A DNA stretch of 48,514 bases from Promethearchaeota archaeon (GTDB taxonomy: Archaea > Asgardarchaeota > Lokiarchaeia > Sigyniarchaeales > SOKP01): the NCBI GenBank assembly GCA_048937405.1, contig JBHLNF010000007.1:185436-233949 (forward strand), written 5' to 3'. A program made the position numbers and the translations under genes. Below, piece by piece: positions 1-9,948 of this stretch (position 1 is its first letter; every line of letters begins with the position of its first letter). The notes below the pieces were generated by a model. It had not been told where the DNA came from and searched no databases. It saw nothing but the letters and a program-made list of their open reading frames with translations.

Positions 1-2
1 TA

Positions 3-3000
3 ATGAATGCTCTTACATTGGTAATGGATATAGGAAACTTAGAGATTAAAGCAACAATTTCGAATAATGTTGGTTGGATTACAAGTAGAGTATTATTAGA
101 AGATAGTCTAAAAGTTTCTATGGAAAAAATTAATGATGCATTAAATATTAGAGATCAAATGGGAGATAAAAGCGGATTGGCAAATTGTTTGCGAAATATT
201 GGAGATTTGAATTTTAACTTTTATAATTACAATCAAGCACTTGAATATTACATAAAAGAATTAGAGGTAAGAACCTCATTAGGCGAAGTAAAAGAAAAGG
301 CCGCAGCTCTTATATCAATTGGTTGGGTTTATTATAGAATGGGAAACCTTAATGAAGCTTTAAAGTCATTTCAAAAAGCATTAGAGATTAATAGGAAATT
401 AAATGATAAACTCCATATTGCCTATAATGCTTCTGCATTAGGATATATTTCATATTTACAAGGTGAGTTAAACACTTCTATTGATTTTTTTAGAGAATCC
501 CAACAAATCTATTCGGATTTAAAAATTGAAGCAAAATTAAAAGAAATTCAATTGTATTTAGATTTCCTAGAATTAAGAACTTCTGAAGTCCAAAAAGACA
601 CTTTAATTAACCTTTTACCTCCCGCTATTAAGGATCTTGAAGATATAAAGGAACAACAAAAGGTTTTAGAAACAGATGTCTGTAAAAAAAGAGGTCCGAT
701 TGATATATTAAACCAATCTCTTTATCTTATTTATCATGGAATACTACATGCATTAAAAGATGACCTTCAAAAAGCTAAGGAAAAGATTGAGGGTGGTTTA
801 TATTCCGCATATATTTCTGGAAACATGGAAGAGGTTTTTGCTTTATATAAAGGAATTATTGATTCTGGTCTATTAATAAGACCTTTAAATCTTGAACGAA
901 CGAGGTTTGATTATGTTTATCGGGATGATAATATAATATCCCCGGAAGAAGCTGAATGGCTCCATAGCAGTTATTCGAGGAAAAAACTAACTGTAGCCCA
1001 TGATTTATTCGAAGAGGCTTACAATGATTCTCAACTCGGTAATAATCAATCTGCTATAGAAAAATTTGAAAAAGCCAGAGAAATATATGAAGAATTCGAT
1101 GAAATTGAACTTATTAGCACCATTGATAATTATATCACTACCATAAAAATGATATCAGGAGAACTTGATGATTCTGTTGAAAGTTTGGATCAACAACTAT
1201 TTAAACAAGTGAAATCAACCATCGATATTGGTAATAAACAAGCTAATGAGGGAAACCTGGTAGGACTAAAGCATAACGTAAAAATTGCTTCTCAAATGAA
1301 AGATAGATTAGAAAACTTAAGACATAAAGATGATACATATAACCAGCTTTATAATATACTTGGAGATTTTATAAATAATAATGAAGCAAAAGTGGCTGAT
1401 GTCGACGAGGAGGATATTTCATATAAGGGAAAACATGAATTTACTAAAGTTGCTGATGATCTAGTTAGACAAGAAGCTATAAGAAAAGATAAAGCTCGAG
1501 AGCTATTTGAATCAATCGGGATTGGTGATAACGAAGATGCTGGAATTGATCTAACTACTATGGGCACGATTATAGACGATAGAGAGAAATTTATTCATGA
1601 ACATTCAGAAGAATGGTTGTTTACACTGAGTAAATTAATAGCCATGGCAGAGTTGGATGGATCGATGGGAAAAATGGAAGATAAAGTTGAAACGATGATA
1701 TTCATTGGTAAATATTTCCAAAGTGCAGGTGAATTAGAAGCAGCCTTATCTAAATACCAAGAATGTCTAAAAAATGCTATAACAATTGGGCATCAAGATT
1801 TTCAAGCAAAAAGTTTAATCCGTATAGGCGATGTACTATTTAATCAAGGAAAATATGAAGACTCTCTTGATAATTGTGAAAAATCATTAAGAATCTTTGA
1901 AGAACTTAAAGAAGAAGAAGAAAAAATTGAACCTCTTAATCTAATTGGAAGGATATATGCTCAGAGAGGTGATTTAGAAAGGGCTTTCAAACGATTAAAT
2001 GAGGCTATAGAAATCGATACTAATGAAAAGGAAATAATTGCTTATAAAGCTGATTCTTATGTACGATTAGGGGAATTACATAAACAAAAAAATAATTTTC
2101 TCGAAGCTTATAATAATTTCTCTGAGGCATTATATATTTATGAAGAATTAGAAGGAAAGGAGCAAATGTTAGCACCCCTTTACTATCATCTGGGTCTTTT
2201 GGATAAAAATATTAACGATGCGGAAAAAGCACTTACTAATTTTGAAGATGCATTGTCTATATATCAAGAAATTAACTTTCTTGATTATGTACCAAAGTTA
2301 CAAGAAGAAATTAATATTTTAAAAGCAAGACTCTCTAATCCAGAAACCAAAGGAGAAGATAAGGCTAAACTTGCATTAAACTGCGCAAAATTATATTTAT
2401 ATGACGATGCTTTGGTAGCCTCTAATGAAGCAATTGAGATTTTTACTTCGATAGGAAAATTGCCAGAAAAAGCACAGATGCTTCAACTTTCGGGAGAACT
2501 TAATGATGCCTTAGGAGAGATTGAAGAAGCTAAATATCTCTTTAATGAAGCTCTAATAGCTTATAATGAAATCGGTAATCATGAAAAGATTGAACAAGTA
2601 AAAGACTTTTTAAATAAAATAAATGAAGCAATGGCAGATCCTGAATATATGATTCAATATCTTAATAAAAAGGCAGAATCACTCCTTAATGATGGTAAAG
2701 AATCTGAAGCACTTTTAAAATATAGTTCTCTGCTGAATTTTTATGAACAAATACAAGACGCAATCGGGAAGGCAACTTGCTTCCGAAACATAGCAGATAT
2801 TCATTACAACAGAAAAGAAGTAACTGAAGCTATGGATAATTACCTGAAATGTATAGAAATATTTGAGAAGAATAATGAGAATTCGGAAATTGTACCTCCA
2901 CTACAAAAAATGGGTTATATTTATGAGCAGCAATTCGAATATGAAAAGGCTCTGGAGTATTTCCAAAAAACTCTAAATATTACTCAAACTTCAGATAATC

Positions 3001-4007
3001 AGCTTGGTATAGGAATAGCTTTAGTAGATATAGCACGGATATTACAAACCCAAAAGAAGTTGGATAAAGCTTTAGATTTATATAAGCAATCCTTGGAGAT
3101 TTTCGAACAATTGGATAATAAAAACAATATGGCTTATATTTTCAAACTGATAAGTTCAGTTTATGATGAACAAGGAAAGTTTAATAAAGCATTAGATGTA
3201 TTGGAACAAACACGCGCTTTATATGAAGAGTTAAATAATAAGGTTGAGCTAGGGGAAGTCTATAATTTGTTGGCAAATATTTATGAAAGTTTGGGGAAGT
3301 TAGATGATGCTCTAAAATATTATAATAACGCCTTGGAACTCTCAGAAGAAGTCAATAACATTTCAGGAAAAGCAGCATACTTATTTAATATAGGCCTTAT
3401 CTATAGTTCAAAAGAAGAATATACCACAGCATCAGAACATTTTGATGAAGCAATGGCCATTGCTGAAGAACTTAATATTCCACAATATAAGGCACCATTC
3501 TTACTTGGGATGGGATTAATTGATAAAAAATTAGGGCACTTAGATACTGCTCTGCAAAAATTCAATAAAAGTCTTGAAATTAATGAACGAATTGGATATT
3601 CCGAGGGAATTATAGAATCTTTAAATAATATTGGAAATATCTTTTTGAAAAAAGGAAACCTAAATTCAGCAGAAGAATCATTCACAAAAGCATTTCAATT
3701 GGCTGAAAAAATAGATAGCATCAAGAAGAAAGCATATTGTCGTAGTGCTATAGGAGATCTATATCGTTATCAAAACGATATACATAAAGCGTTAGAAATG
3801 TATAAAGATGCATTAGAAATTTTCGAACAATTGGAAATTAAGGAAGAAATTGCGTATAATCTCAAAAAACTCGGAAAAACTTATTTCAAACTAGGCGATA
3901 AAACTAAGTATATAGAAGTTATGCAAAAAGCAAGTGATTTATACGCAGAAATAGGATTAGAGAAAAAATTAAAACGTATCCAACAAGAGTTAAATTCTAA
4001 TTCTTAA
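3..4007 (+). CDS. Large tetratricopeptide repeat (TPR) protein, possibly 5'-truncated by the window edge
   Basis: Many ~40-aa helical repeats of type A..L..IG..Y...G....AL..Y..AL.I (e.g. AAALISIGWVYYRMGNLNEALKSFQKALEI; GEVYNLLANIYESLGKLDDALKYYNNALEL). The ATG is at base 3 with no upstream in-frame stop visible. Confidence 0.9.
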   Translation: MNALTLVMDIGNLEIKATISNNVGWITSRVLLEDSLKVSMEKINDALNIRDQMGDKSGLANCLRNIGDLNFNFYNYNQALEYYIKELEVRTSLGEVKEKAAALISIGWVYYRMGNLNEALKSFQKALEINRKLNDKLHIAYNASALGYISYLQGELNTSIDFFRESQQIYSDLKIEAKLKEIQLYLDFLELRTSEVQKDTLINLLPPAIKDLEDIKEQQKVLETDVCKKRGPIDILNQSLYLIYHGILHALKDDLQKAKEKIEGGLYSAYISGNMEEVFALYKGIIDSGLLIRPLNLERTRFDYVYRDDNIISPEEAEWLHSSYSRKKLTVAHDLFEEAYNDSQLGNNQSAIEKFEKAREIYEEFDEIELISTIDNYITTIKMISGELDDSVESLDQQLFKQVKSTIDIGNKQANEGNLVGLKHNVKIASQMKDRLENLRHKDDTYNQLYNILGDFINNNEAKVADVDEEDISYKGKHEFTKVADDLVRQEAIRKDKARELFESIGIGDNEDAGIDLTTMGTIIDDREKFIHEHSEEWLFTLSKLIAMAELDGSMGKMEDKVETMIFIGKYFQSAGELEAALSKYQECLKNAITIGHQDFQAKSLIRIGDVLFNQGKYEDSLDNCEKSLRIFEELKEEEEKIEPLNLIGRIYAQRGDLERAFKRLNEAIEIDTNEKEIIAYKADSYVRLGELHKQKNNFLEAYNNFSEALYIYEELEGKEQMLAPLYYHLGLLDKNINDAEKALTNFEDALSIYQEINFLDYVPKLQEEINILKARLSNPETKGEDKAKLALNCAKLYLYDDALVASNEAIEIFTSIGKLPEKAQMLQLSGELNDALGEIEEAKYLFNEALIAYNEIGNHEKIEQVKDFLNKINEAMADPEYMIQYLNKKAESLLNDGKESEALLKYSSLLNFYEQIQDAIGKATCFRNIADIHYNRKEVTEAMDNYLKCIEIFEKNNENSEIVPPLQKMGYIYEQQFEYEKALEYFQKTLNITQTSDNQLGIGIALVDIARILQTQKKLDKALDLYKQSLEIFEQLDNKNNMAYIFKLISSVYDEQGKFNKALDVLEQTRALYEELNNKVELGEVYNLLANIYESLGKLDDALKYYNNALELSEEVNNISGKAAYLFNIGLIYSSKEEYTTASEHFDEAMAIAEELNIPQYKAPFLLGMGLIDKKLGHLDTALQKFNKSLEINERIGYSEGIIESLNNIGNIFLKKGNLNSAEESFTKAFQLAEKIDSIKKKAYCRSAIGDLYRYQNDIHKALEMYKDALEIFEQLEIKEEIAYNLKKLGKTYFKLGDKTKYIEVMQKASDLYAEIGLEKKLKRIQQELNSNS

Positions 4008-4091
4008 TAGTCTCTTTTTGTGCAGTCTAATTTTTGTAATTAAAGTAAGAAAATTCATAAAAAATTTAACAATCCCTTTATTTTACTTCTT

Positions 4092-4778
4092 ATGGCAGCA
4101 AGTAAAGAAGATCAACTTCGAATGGAGGTTGTTAGAGGAGCAAAAGCAATTTTTACAAAAGGATTAGTAGAAGCTGGAGAAGGAAATGTGAGTGTGAGAA
4201 ATGGAAATAAAGAAGAATTGTTCATCACGCCTTCATTTAATCAATATGAAACACTTAAAAAAGATGAAATTGTTCATTTAAATTTTGAAGGTACTTCCTT
4301 AAGTGCTGGGAAATTACCTTCAACTGAAGCAAAAATGCATATTGAGATCTATAAATCAAGACCAAAAGTTCAATCAATAATTCACACACATTCACCTTTT
4401 GCAACCACACTCTCAATCGTAAGAAAAAGTATCCCAGTCATAATGGAAGAAATGTATATCTTTTTAGGTGGGTCTGTCGATGTTTCGGAATTTGGGGAAG
4501 CTCATACTCTAGAAATTGGTGAAGCTGCATTAAAAGCCCTAGGTACAAAAAATGCAGCTCTATTGGCGAATCATGGTGTAATTGTTTGTGGAAAATCATT
4601 GGATCATGCCGTTAAATTTGCCGAGCTTGTAGAGAAGTTGGCTAATATGTATTCGGAGGCTTTACAAATTGGAACTCCATATACCATTTCTGATGAACAA
4701 CTTGAACCATTTCAAAAACTCTACGAAAGTATGTTTGCCAACTATCCTCGACGTATGCGAAAAAGAATAGAAAAATAA
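4092..4778 (+). CDS. Class II aldolase/adducin family protein (L-fuculose-phosphate aldolase-like)
   Basis: GNVSVR, ITPS, PSTEAKMH, HTHSPFA and LLANHG motifs (catalytic Glu plus three Zn-binding His). Confidence 0.88.
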   Translation: MAASKEDQLRMEVVRGAKAIFTKGLVEAGEGNVSVRNGNKEELFITPSFNQYETLKKDEIVHLNFEGTSLSAGKLPSTEAKMHIEIYKSRPKVQSIIHTHSPFATTLSIVRKSIPVIMEEMYIFLGGSVDVSEFGEAHTLEIGEAALKALGTKNAALLANHGVIVCGKSLDHAVKFAELVEKLANMYSEALQIGTPYTISDEQLEPFQKLYESMFANYPRRMRKRIEK

Positions 4779-4791
4779 CATTCCTGTAAAG

Positions 4792-5631
4792 GTGATATTC
4801 ATGCAATTAGGTATTAGTACGACAGGACATATTCTTGAAATGGGATTGAATGGTAAGTATAAAACTCTTTTTGACCTATATCTTAAAGCTTCAGAAGAAT
4901 GCCTTAATTTTGTAGAAAAATCTGGAATTAATATAATAGAATTACTTATTGAATCTCCAGTTATAGCTAATCATGAAAATAAACAAAAGTTTATTGACCT
5001 TGCAAATTCCTATTCTTTAGAAAAGCAGGTACATGGTCCTTTTATCGACATGAATTTATGTTCTGTTAATAATTATATTTCTAAGGCTTCAATAGAATCA
5101 TGCCTTGAAGCTATAAAATTATGTGATGATATCAACAGTAAGATGATAACAATTCATCCTGGATCTGCGGATTTTCTGGTACCTTCAATTAGAGAATTTA
5201 ATAAAGCACAATTAAAATCTGCTATCCATCAATTATTTAGTGCTAAAATAAATGAGAATTTAATGATTTGTTTAGAAAATATGCCTCAAAATTACCATAT
5301 CATGACAAATAACAAGAATATTGAAGAAGTAGTCGATATTATTGATCATAAAAATCTTTTCCTTACCTATGATACTAGTCATTTTTACACTTGTGATGGT
5401 GACGTGCAGCAGTTCTGGGTAACATTTCACAATATAATAAAAAATATTCATATTGTTGATAATTTCTCTAAATTGACTGATACTCATCCGCCATTAGGAA
5501 CAGGAAAGGTTGATTTTAAAGAAATCTTTGATGTAATTTCAGAATATAATTATAATGGATCGTTAATTCTTGAATTATCCAATGCAAAATCATTAAATCA
5601 AAGTATTAATTTTATTAACAAGTTTTTATAA
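4792..5631 (+). CDS. Sugar phosphate isomerase/epimerase family TIM-barrel protein (xylose isomerase-like/AP endonuclease 2 fold)
   Basis: VHGPFIDMNL, TIHPG, LENMP, YDTSH, IHIVDN..DTHPPLGTGKVDF, LILEL. ATG at 4801 is an alternative start. Confidence 0.85.
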   Translation: MIFMQLGISTTGHILEMGLNGKYKTLFDLYLKASEECLNFVEKSGINIIELLIESPVIANHENKQKFIDLANSYSLEKQVHGPFIDMNLCSVNNYISKASIESCLEAIKLCDDINSKMITIHPGSADFLVPSIREFNKAQLKSAIHQLFSAKINENLMICLENMPQNYHIMTNNKNIEEVVDIIDHKNLFLTYDTSHFYTCDGDVQQFWVTFHNIIKNIHIVDNFSKLTDTHPPLGTGKVDFKEIFDVISEYNYNGSLILELSNAKSLNQSINFINKFL

Positions 5632-5675
5632 ATATTTAATAATTGTGAAAATAAACCCCTTTTTATCGATTTAAG

Positions 5676-6068
5676 ATGCCAATAATATCCTTGCAAATAA
5701 GTGATGATTTGTTAGAAAGATTTGAGCATGTACGAAATGTTAGCGGATTTAGTTCTAAAAGCGAAGCATTAAGAGATTCAATAGTTATCTTCATAGAAAA
5801 ACATGAAAAGTTTGAAAATCTGGAAGGATATAAGTTGATGACAGTTAGTTTAGTATATCCTTTTAAAGATGTTATTATTGATCAAATAACTGAGTTGTAT
5901 TCCCAATATCATCAAATAATTAAAACAGTTACGGATTGGCGTATAGCAGAAAAAAAAATTGAATTACTTTTGCTAGTAGGTGAATTTGGCACTATAAAAG
6001 ATCTTTATAAAGAATTAGCCAAAATAAAGGATGTTTTATGTTCAATTCGAGAAATTGTCATTGATTAA
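5676..6068 (+). CDS. CopG/ribbon-helix-helix transcriptional regulator with NikR-like architecture
   Basis: N-terminal ISLQISDDLLERF...GFSSKSEALRDSI matches the NikR RHH domain. The C-terminal part aligns with the NikR ACT-like domain but lacks its nickel ligands. Confidence 0.75.
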   Translation: MPIISLQISDDLLERFEHVRNVSGFSSKSEALRDSIVIFIEKHEKFENLEGYKLMTVSLVYPFKDVIIDQITELYSQYHQIIKTVTDWRIAEKKIELLLLVGEFGTIKDLYKELAKIKDVLCSIREIVID

Positions 6069-6077
6069 GATATTGCG

Positions 6078-6941
6078 TTAGTCAAAACGAAGTGAAAAAT
6101 CTACATGCTCTGAAGGAAATTGAGTTAATTTCCCTGTGCTTATTACATCTGGTTCTGAAAGTAAATAATCTACAATATTATCTTGAGTAATACCTCCAGA
6201 AATTTCAATAATTACTTTTTCTCTTAGATTATTTTTTTTTAGTAAATTTATTGCATCTTCTACTTGATCCGGGTCCATATTATCTAACATAATAATATCT
6301 GCTCCATTTCTAGCAGCTATAGGGACATCTTCCACTTTTTCTATTTCTATCTCAATTTTTTTCGAGAAACTCTTCATTTTTTTACATTCATTAAGCAATT
6401 TTACTATATCTCCACTGAAATATCTTAAATGAGTATCTTTTAATAGAATCATATCATCCAATGAAAACCTATGTACATCTGCTAATCCTATTTCTGCAGC
6501 TTTTTTCTCAAAAATACGAATCCCTGGAGTTGTTTTACGTGTACAGGCAATTTTAACATTTTTTCCAGACTCTTTAATTAATCTAACATATTTTCTCGCA
6601 GTAGTTGTAATAGCACTCATATGCATGATTAAATTTAATCCCGTTCTCTCTCCTAATAAAATATTTCTCGCATTACCTATTAATTCTACAATTATATCTC
6701 CATTATTAACCTCATCTCCATCCTTCTTTTTAAAAGAAGTAGAGACATTTAAAATATCATATAATATTTTCAATTCATTCAATCCCGATACAAACCCTTT
6801 ACTCTTAGCAAATATTTTTGCCGAAGCATTAGCATTCTCCGGAATTACTTTAGAACTAATATCGATAAACATGCAATCTTCATGTAAAAATTCCTTTATT
6901 TTTTGTTCAATTATAATTCTATTATAACTCATCTTTCGCAC
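6078..6941 (-). CDS. nadC: Nicotinate-nucleotide pyrophosphorylase (quinolinate phosphoribosyltransferase)
   Basis: ERTGLN, CTRKTTPG.R..EK, HRFSLDDMILLKDTH, IEIEIE, IMLDNM, IEISGGI motifs. Confidence 0.95.
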   Translation of the reverse strand: MRKMSYNRIIIEQKIKEFLHEDCMFIDISSKVIPENANASAKIFAKSKGFVSGLNELKILYDILNVSTSFKKKDGDEVNNGDIIVELIGNARNILLGERTGLNLIMHMSAITTTARKYVRLIKESGKNVKIACTRKTTPGIRIFEKKAAEIGLADVHRFSLDDMILLKDTHLRYFSGDIVKLLNECKKMKSFSKKIEIEIEKVEDVPIAARNGADIIMLDNMDPDQVEDAINLLKKNNLREKVIIEISGGITQDNIVDYLLSEPDVISTGKLTQFPSEHVDFSLRFD

Positions 6942-6987
6942 ATTTTTCTATAGTATTATTATTATAGTTTAAAAATTAATTAAAATT

Positions 6988-7626
6988 ATGGTAGAAAAAG
7001 AATTACTATTTATTAAAAACAATGAGATAGAATTAGAAGCTGAATACTTTCGTTCAAAAGGAAGTATAGATCTTCCAGTAGTTTTAATTTGTCACCCACA
7101 TCCGCAATATGGTGGAAATATGTTTAACAATGTCGTATCAGGGGTATTTAATAACATAATAAAAAATGACATTTCATGTCTACGATTTAACTTTAGAGGT
7201 GTAGGAAAATCAACTGGAGTTCATTCAGGAGGATCAGGAGAATTAGATGATGTAAAAGCTTGTATTGATTTTTTAATAAATGAGAAAAATCATGAAAGAA
7301 TTATGATATGTGGATATTCTTATGGAGCTACGATTGGATGCTCTGCAATCAATTATTCAGAAAAGATTATTGGATATGTTTCAATATCATTTCCTTGGGA
7401 TTTTATGGGTAGTAAATATAAAAAATTATCTCAGTCAAGCAAACCAAAGTTATTCATTCAAGGCAATCAAGATAATGTTGCTGTTTATGGTAGATTTCAA
7501 GAAAACATTAATTATTATAAAGATCCAAAAACAAGTAAAATTATCGAAGGAGCAGATCATTTTTATATAGGTTATGAACTTCAGGTTGCTGAAGAGGTAT
7601 TAGCATTTTATAACAGTTTAATTTAA
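6988..7626 (+). CDS. Alpha/beta fold hydrolase
   Basis: CHPHPQYGGNM, LRFNFRGVGKSTG, nucleophile elbow GYSYG, QGNQD and GADHF catalytic triad motifs. Confidence 0.9.
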   Translation: MVEKELLFIKNNEIELEAEYFRSKGSIDLPVVLICHPHPQYGGNMFNNVVSGVFNNIIKNDISCLRFNFRGVGKSTGVHSGGSGELDDVKACIDFLINEKNHERIMICGYSYGATIGCSAINYSEKIIGYVSISFPWDFMGSKYKKLSQSSKPKLFIQGNQDNVAVYGRFQENINYYKDPKTSKIIEGADHFYIGYELQVAEEVLAFYNSLI

Positions 7627-8660
7627 AAAAATTTTAATAAAACCTTACCGAATTGATTACCACTATTTAAATATGTTTCTGCTTCTCCTGTTTGATTAAA
7701 AGGAAAAATTTTATCAATAATTGGATTTAGTTTTTTGTCAAATACCAATTTCATTACCTCTCGAAATTCTCCTTGGGTTCCCATAGATGTTCCTTTTATT
7801 TCTAGATGCTTCCAAAAAAGATTTGCTATGTTTAGTTTTGAAAGTGGTCCTGTTGTAGCACCGCAAGTAATTAATTGACCTCCAGGTCTTAATAAACGAA
7901 TACTATTTTGGAAAGTTGCTTTTCCAATACTATCAATAACAATATCTATACCATGTTTCTCAGTTAATTCCTTGTAGACATATGTCGTGTAATCTTTCAT
8001 TTCATTGTAATTTAAAACATGATCTGCCCCTATATCTATTGCTTTTGCAATTTTTTCAGGTGTACTAGTTGTTGCTATAACTTTTGCTCCAAAATATTTC
8101 GCAATTTGAATTGCAGCGGTAGAAATACCTCCTCCAGCTCCATGTATGAAAACGTAATCTCCTTGCTTCACATTAGCTTGAGTCTTCAACATTCTATAAG
8201 CAGTCAAAAAAGTTAAAGGTGCTGCAGCTGCTTTATCTAAGGGAAACATTGTAGGTACTTTTAGAACATTTATTTCAGGCATTTTAAAATATTCTGCAAA
8301 TGTTCCCCATCTGTGTTCTCCTAAGATTGAAAAATTTTTACAAAATACTTGTTTTCCAGATAAACAGAATTCGCATTTTCCACAAGATATTCCAGGATTT
8401 ATAGTAACTTCCTCACCAACATCTACATTAGTTACTTCAGATCCAACTTCCTTCACAATTCCACTCCCATCAGCTCCAATCACATGAGGTTTATTTATGT
8501 TTAATCCTGGCCATCCATTAATTACAAATATATCTAAATGATTCAATGCAGCAAACCGAGTCTCTATTAATACTTCATTGGGACCTATACTCAAATCATC
8601 TACTTCACCAATAGAGATCTCATCTATTTTACCATGCTTAGAAAAATATGCTGCTTTCAT
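7623..8660 (-). CDS. Zinc-binding dehydrogenase (MDR superfamily, quinone-oxidoreductase-like)
   Basis: ALNHLD, GADGSG, structural-Zn motif CGKCEFC..G....C, IHGAGGG nucleotide-binding loop, C-terminal FGKVLL. Confidence 0.9.
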   Translation of the reverse strand: MKAAYFSKHGKIDEISIGEVDDLSIGPNEVLIETRFAALNHLDIFVINGWPGLNINKPHVIGADGSGIVKEVGSEVTNVDVGEEVTINPGISCGKCEFCLSGKQVFCKNFSILGEHRWGTFAEYFKMPEINVLKVPTMFPLDKAAAAPLTFLTAYRMLKTQANVKQGDYVFIHGAGGGISTAAIQIAKYFGAKVIATTSTPEKIAKAIDIGADHVLNYNEMKDYTTYVYKELTEKHGIDIVIDSIGKATFQNSIRLLRPGGQLITCGATTGPLSKLNIANLFWKHLEIKGTSMGTQGEFREVMKLVFDKKLNPIIDKIFPFNQTGEAETYLNSGNQFGKVLLKFF

Positions 8661-8760
8661 CTTAAGTAATACATTTTCTTTATCCTTTTGAATCTGTTGT
8701 TTATATTTTAAAATGAAACTAAGCTAAATTAGCAAAAAATAAAAAATATGGGAAAAAAAA

Positions 8761-9171
8761 TTATAAACTTGAAAGCTTTTCTAAATCATCTTGGGAGTTT
8801 TCAACAGCCCAATCAAGTAGTTGATCAAAATATCTTTCCACATCATCGCTTTCTGGCGATTTTGTTAAAATAGCTAGTAGGAATTGATTTTTTTCATCGG
8901 GCATAATAATGTTTCGCATCAATATAAAATCTTCCTTGTATTTAATTTTCATACTTTGAATTTCGGAAAGACCTAATTCCTCTGCTGCTTTGTATGCGGA
9001 ATCACTTAATAATGATCCCATCGCTGCTACCACACGTTCATCAATTTTCTCTTCTTTTTGTGATGCTAATACTAGTCCTGTTGATGTAGCGAATAGTGAT
9101 GCTCGAAAATTACCATTTTCATTAAGTTCTTTAAGTACGAGTTCAAGTCTACTTACCAAATTTATACACAC
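8761..9171 (-). CDS. Roadblock/LC7 (LAMTOR2/MglB-like) domain protein
   Basis: L..L....G.RASLFATSTGLVLAS......E.VAAMGS.L...A..A...LG pattern typical of the roadblock fold. Exact start uncertain (TTG). Confidence 0.8.
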   Translation of the reverse strand: MCINLVSRLELVLKELNENGNFRASLFATSTGLVLASQKEEKIDERVVAAMGSLLSDSAYKAAEELGLSEIQSMKIKYKEDFILMRNIIMPDEKNQFLLAILTKSPESDDVERYFDQLLDWAVENSQDDLEKLSSL

Positions 9172-9414
9172 TCAATTGTGATTATTTCAATGATATCTTT
9201 AATAAGACAAAAGATATTTTACTTTAATATGTTATCATCCTAAATGCTTACATAAAATTTCTTTGTATGAATAATATGAGTAATTTAATATTTAAAATTA
9301 TTCAAAAGGGATTTTGAATCTATTTTCTATTATTCTTTTTTATCTTTAAGAAAATAATGATAATGAGTAGAGATTCTAGAATTATATTTAACAATCTAAC
9401 TAATAAATTAATAT

Positions 9415-9933
9415 TTAGATTTTGATGTTAATAATAAATGTTGATAAAATATCATTCTCATCAATACTTAAAGTAATCACACTTGGTCTGGCAATGGGTT
9501 TCATAAATCCAGGTCTTTCGATCGGAGCTTTTGGTTTTGTTGGAGAACCTGGATTTAAAAGAAGAACATTAAAAGATGTACCTTTTATTAAAGGTTGATG
9601 AGTATGCCCAAAAATTAGAATTTGTAAACCATGTTTTTTCGTAAATTCTTCAATATTATCTGGTAAAATATGGATTACTCCGATATTATAGCGCCCAATA
9701 GAGAATTTTAGAAACATTTTTAAATTTTTAATATTATCTAAATTTCCTTGAACACATCTCGTTCTAGCTAATCCTTGTAGTTCTTCTAGAAAAAATTCTT
9801 CACACACATCACCAGCATGAACAATTTCATCAATATCTTTAAATACAATCCTAAGCTGCTCGATTAAAGAAGAAATTTGTTCCTTTGAAGAATTAGTTGT
9901 AATATGAGTGTCAGATAGAATCCCTAACTTCAT
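9415..9933 (-). CDS. YfcE/MJ0936-family metallophosphoesterase (Vps29-like fold)
   Basis: ILSDTH, HAGD, VQGNLD, FGHTH, LNPGS motifs. Confidence 0.9.
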   Translation of the reverse strand: MKLGILSDTHITTNSSKEQISSLIEQLRIVFKDIDEIVHAGDVCEEFFLEELQGLARTRCVQGNLDNIKNLKMFLKFSIGRYNIGVIHILPDNIEEFTKKHGLQILIFGHTHQPLIKGTSFNVLLLNPGSPTKPKAPIERPGFMKPIARPSVITLSIDENDILSTFIINIKI

Positions 9934-9948
9934 TAAAAAAACACTCCT

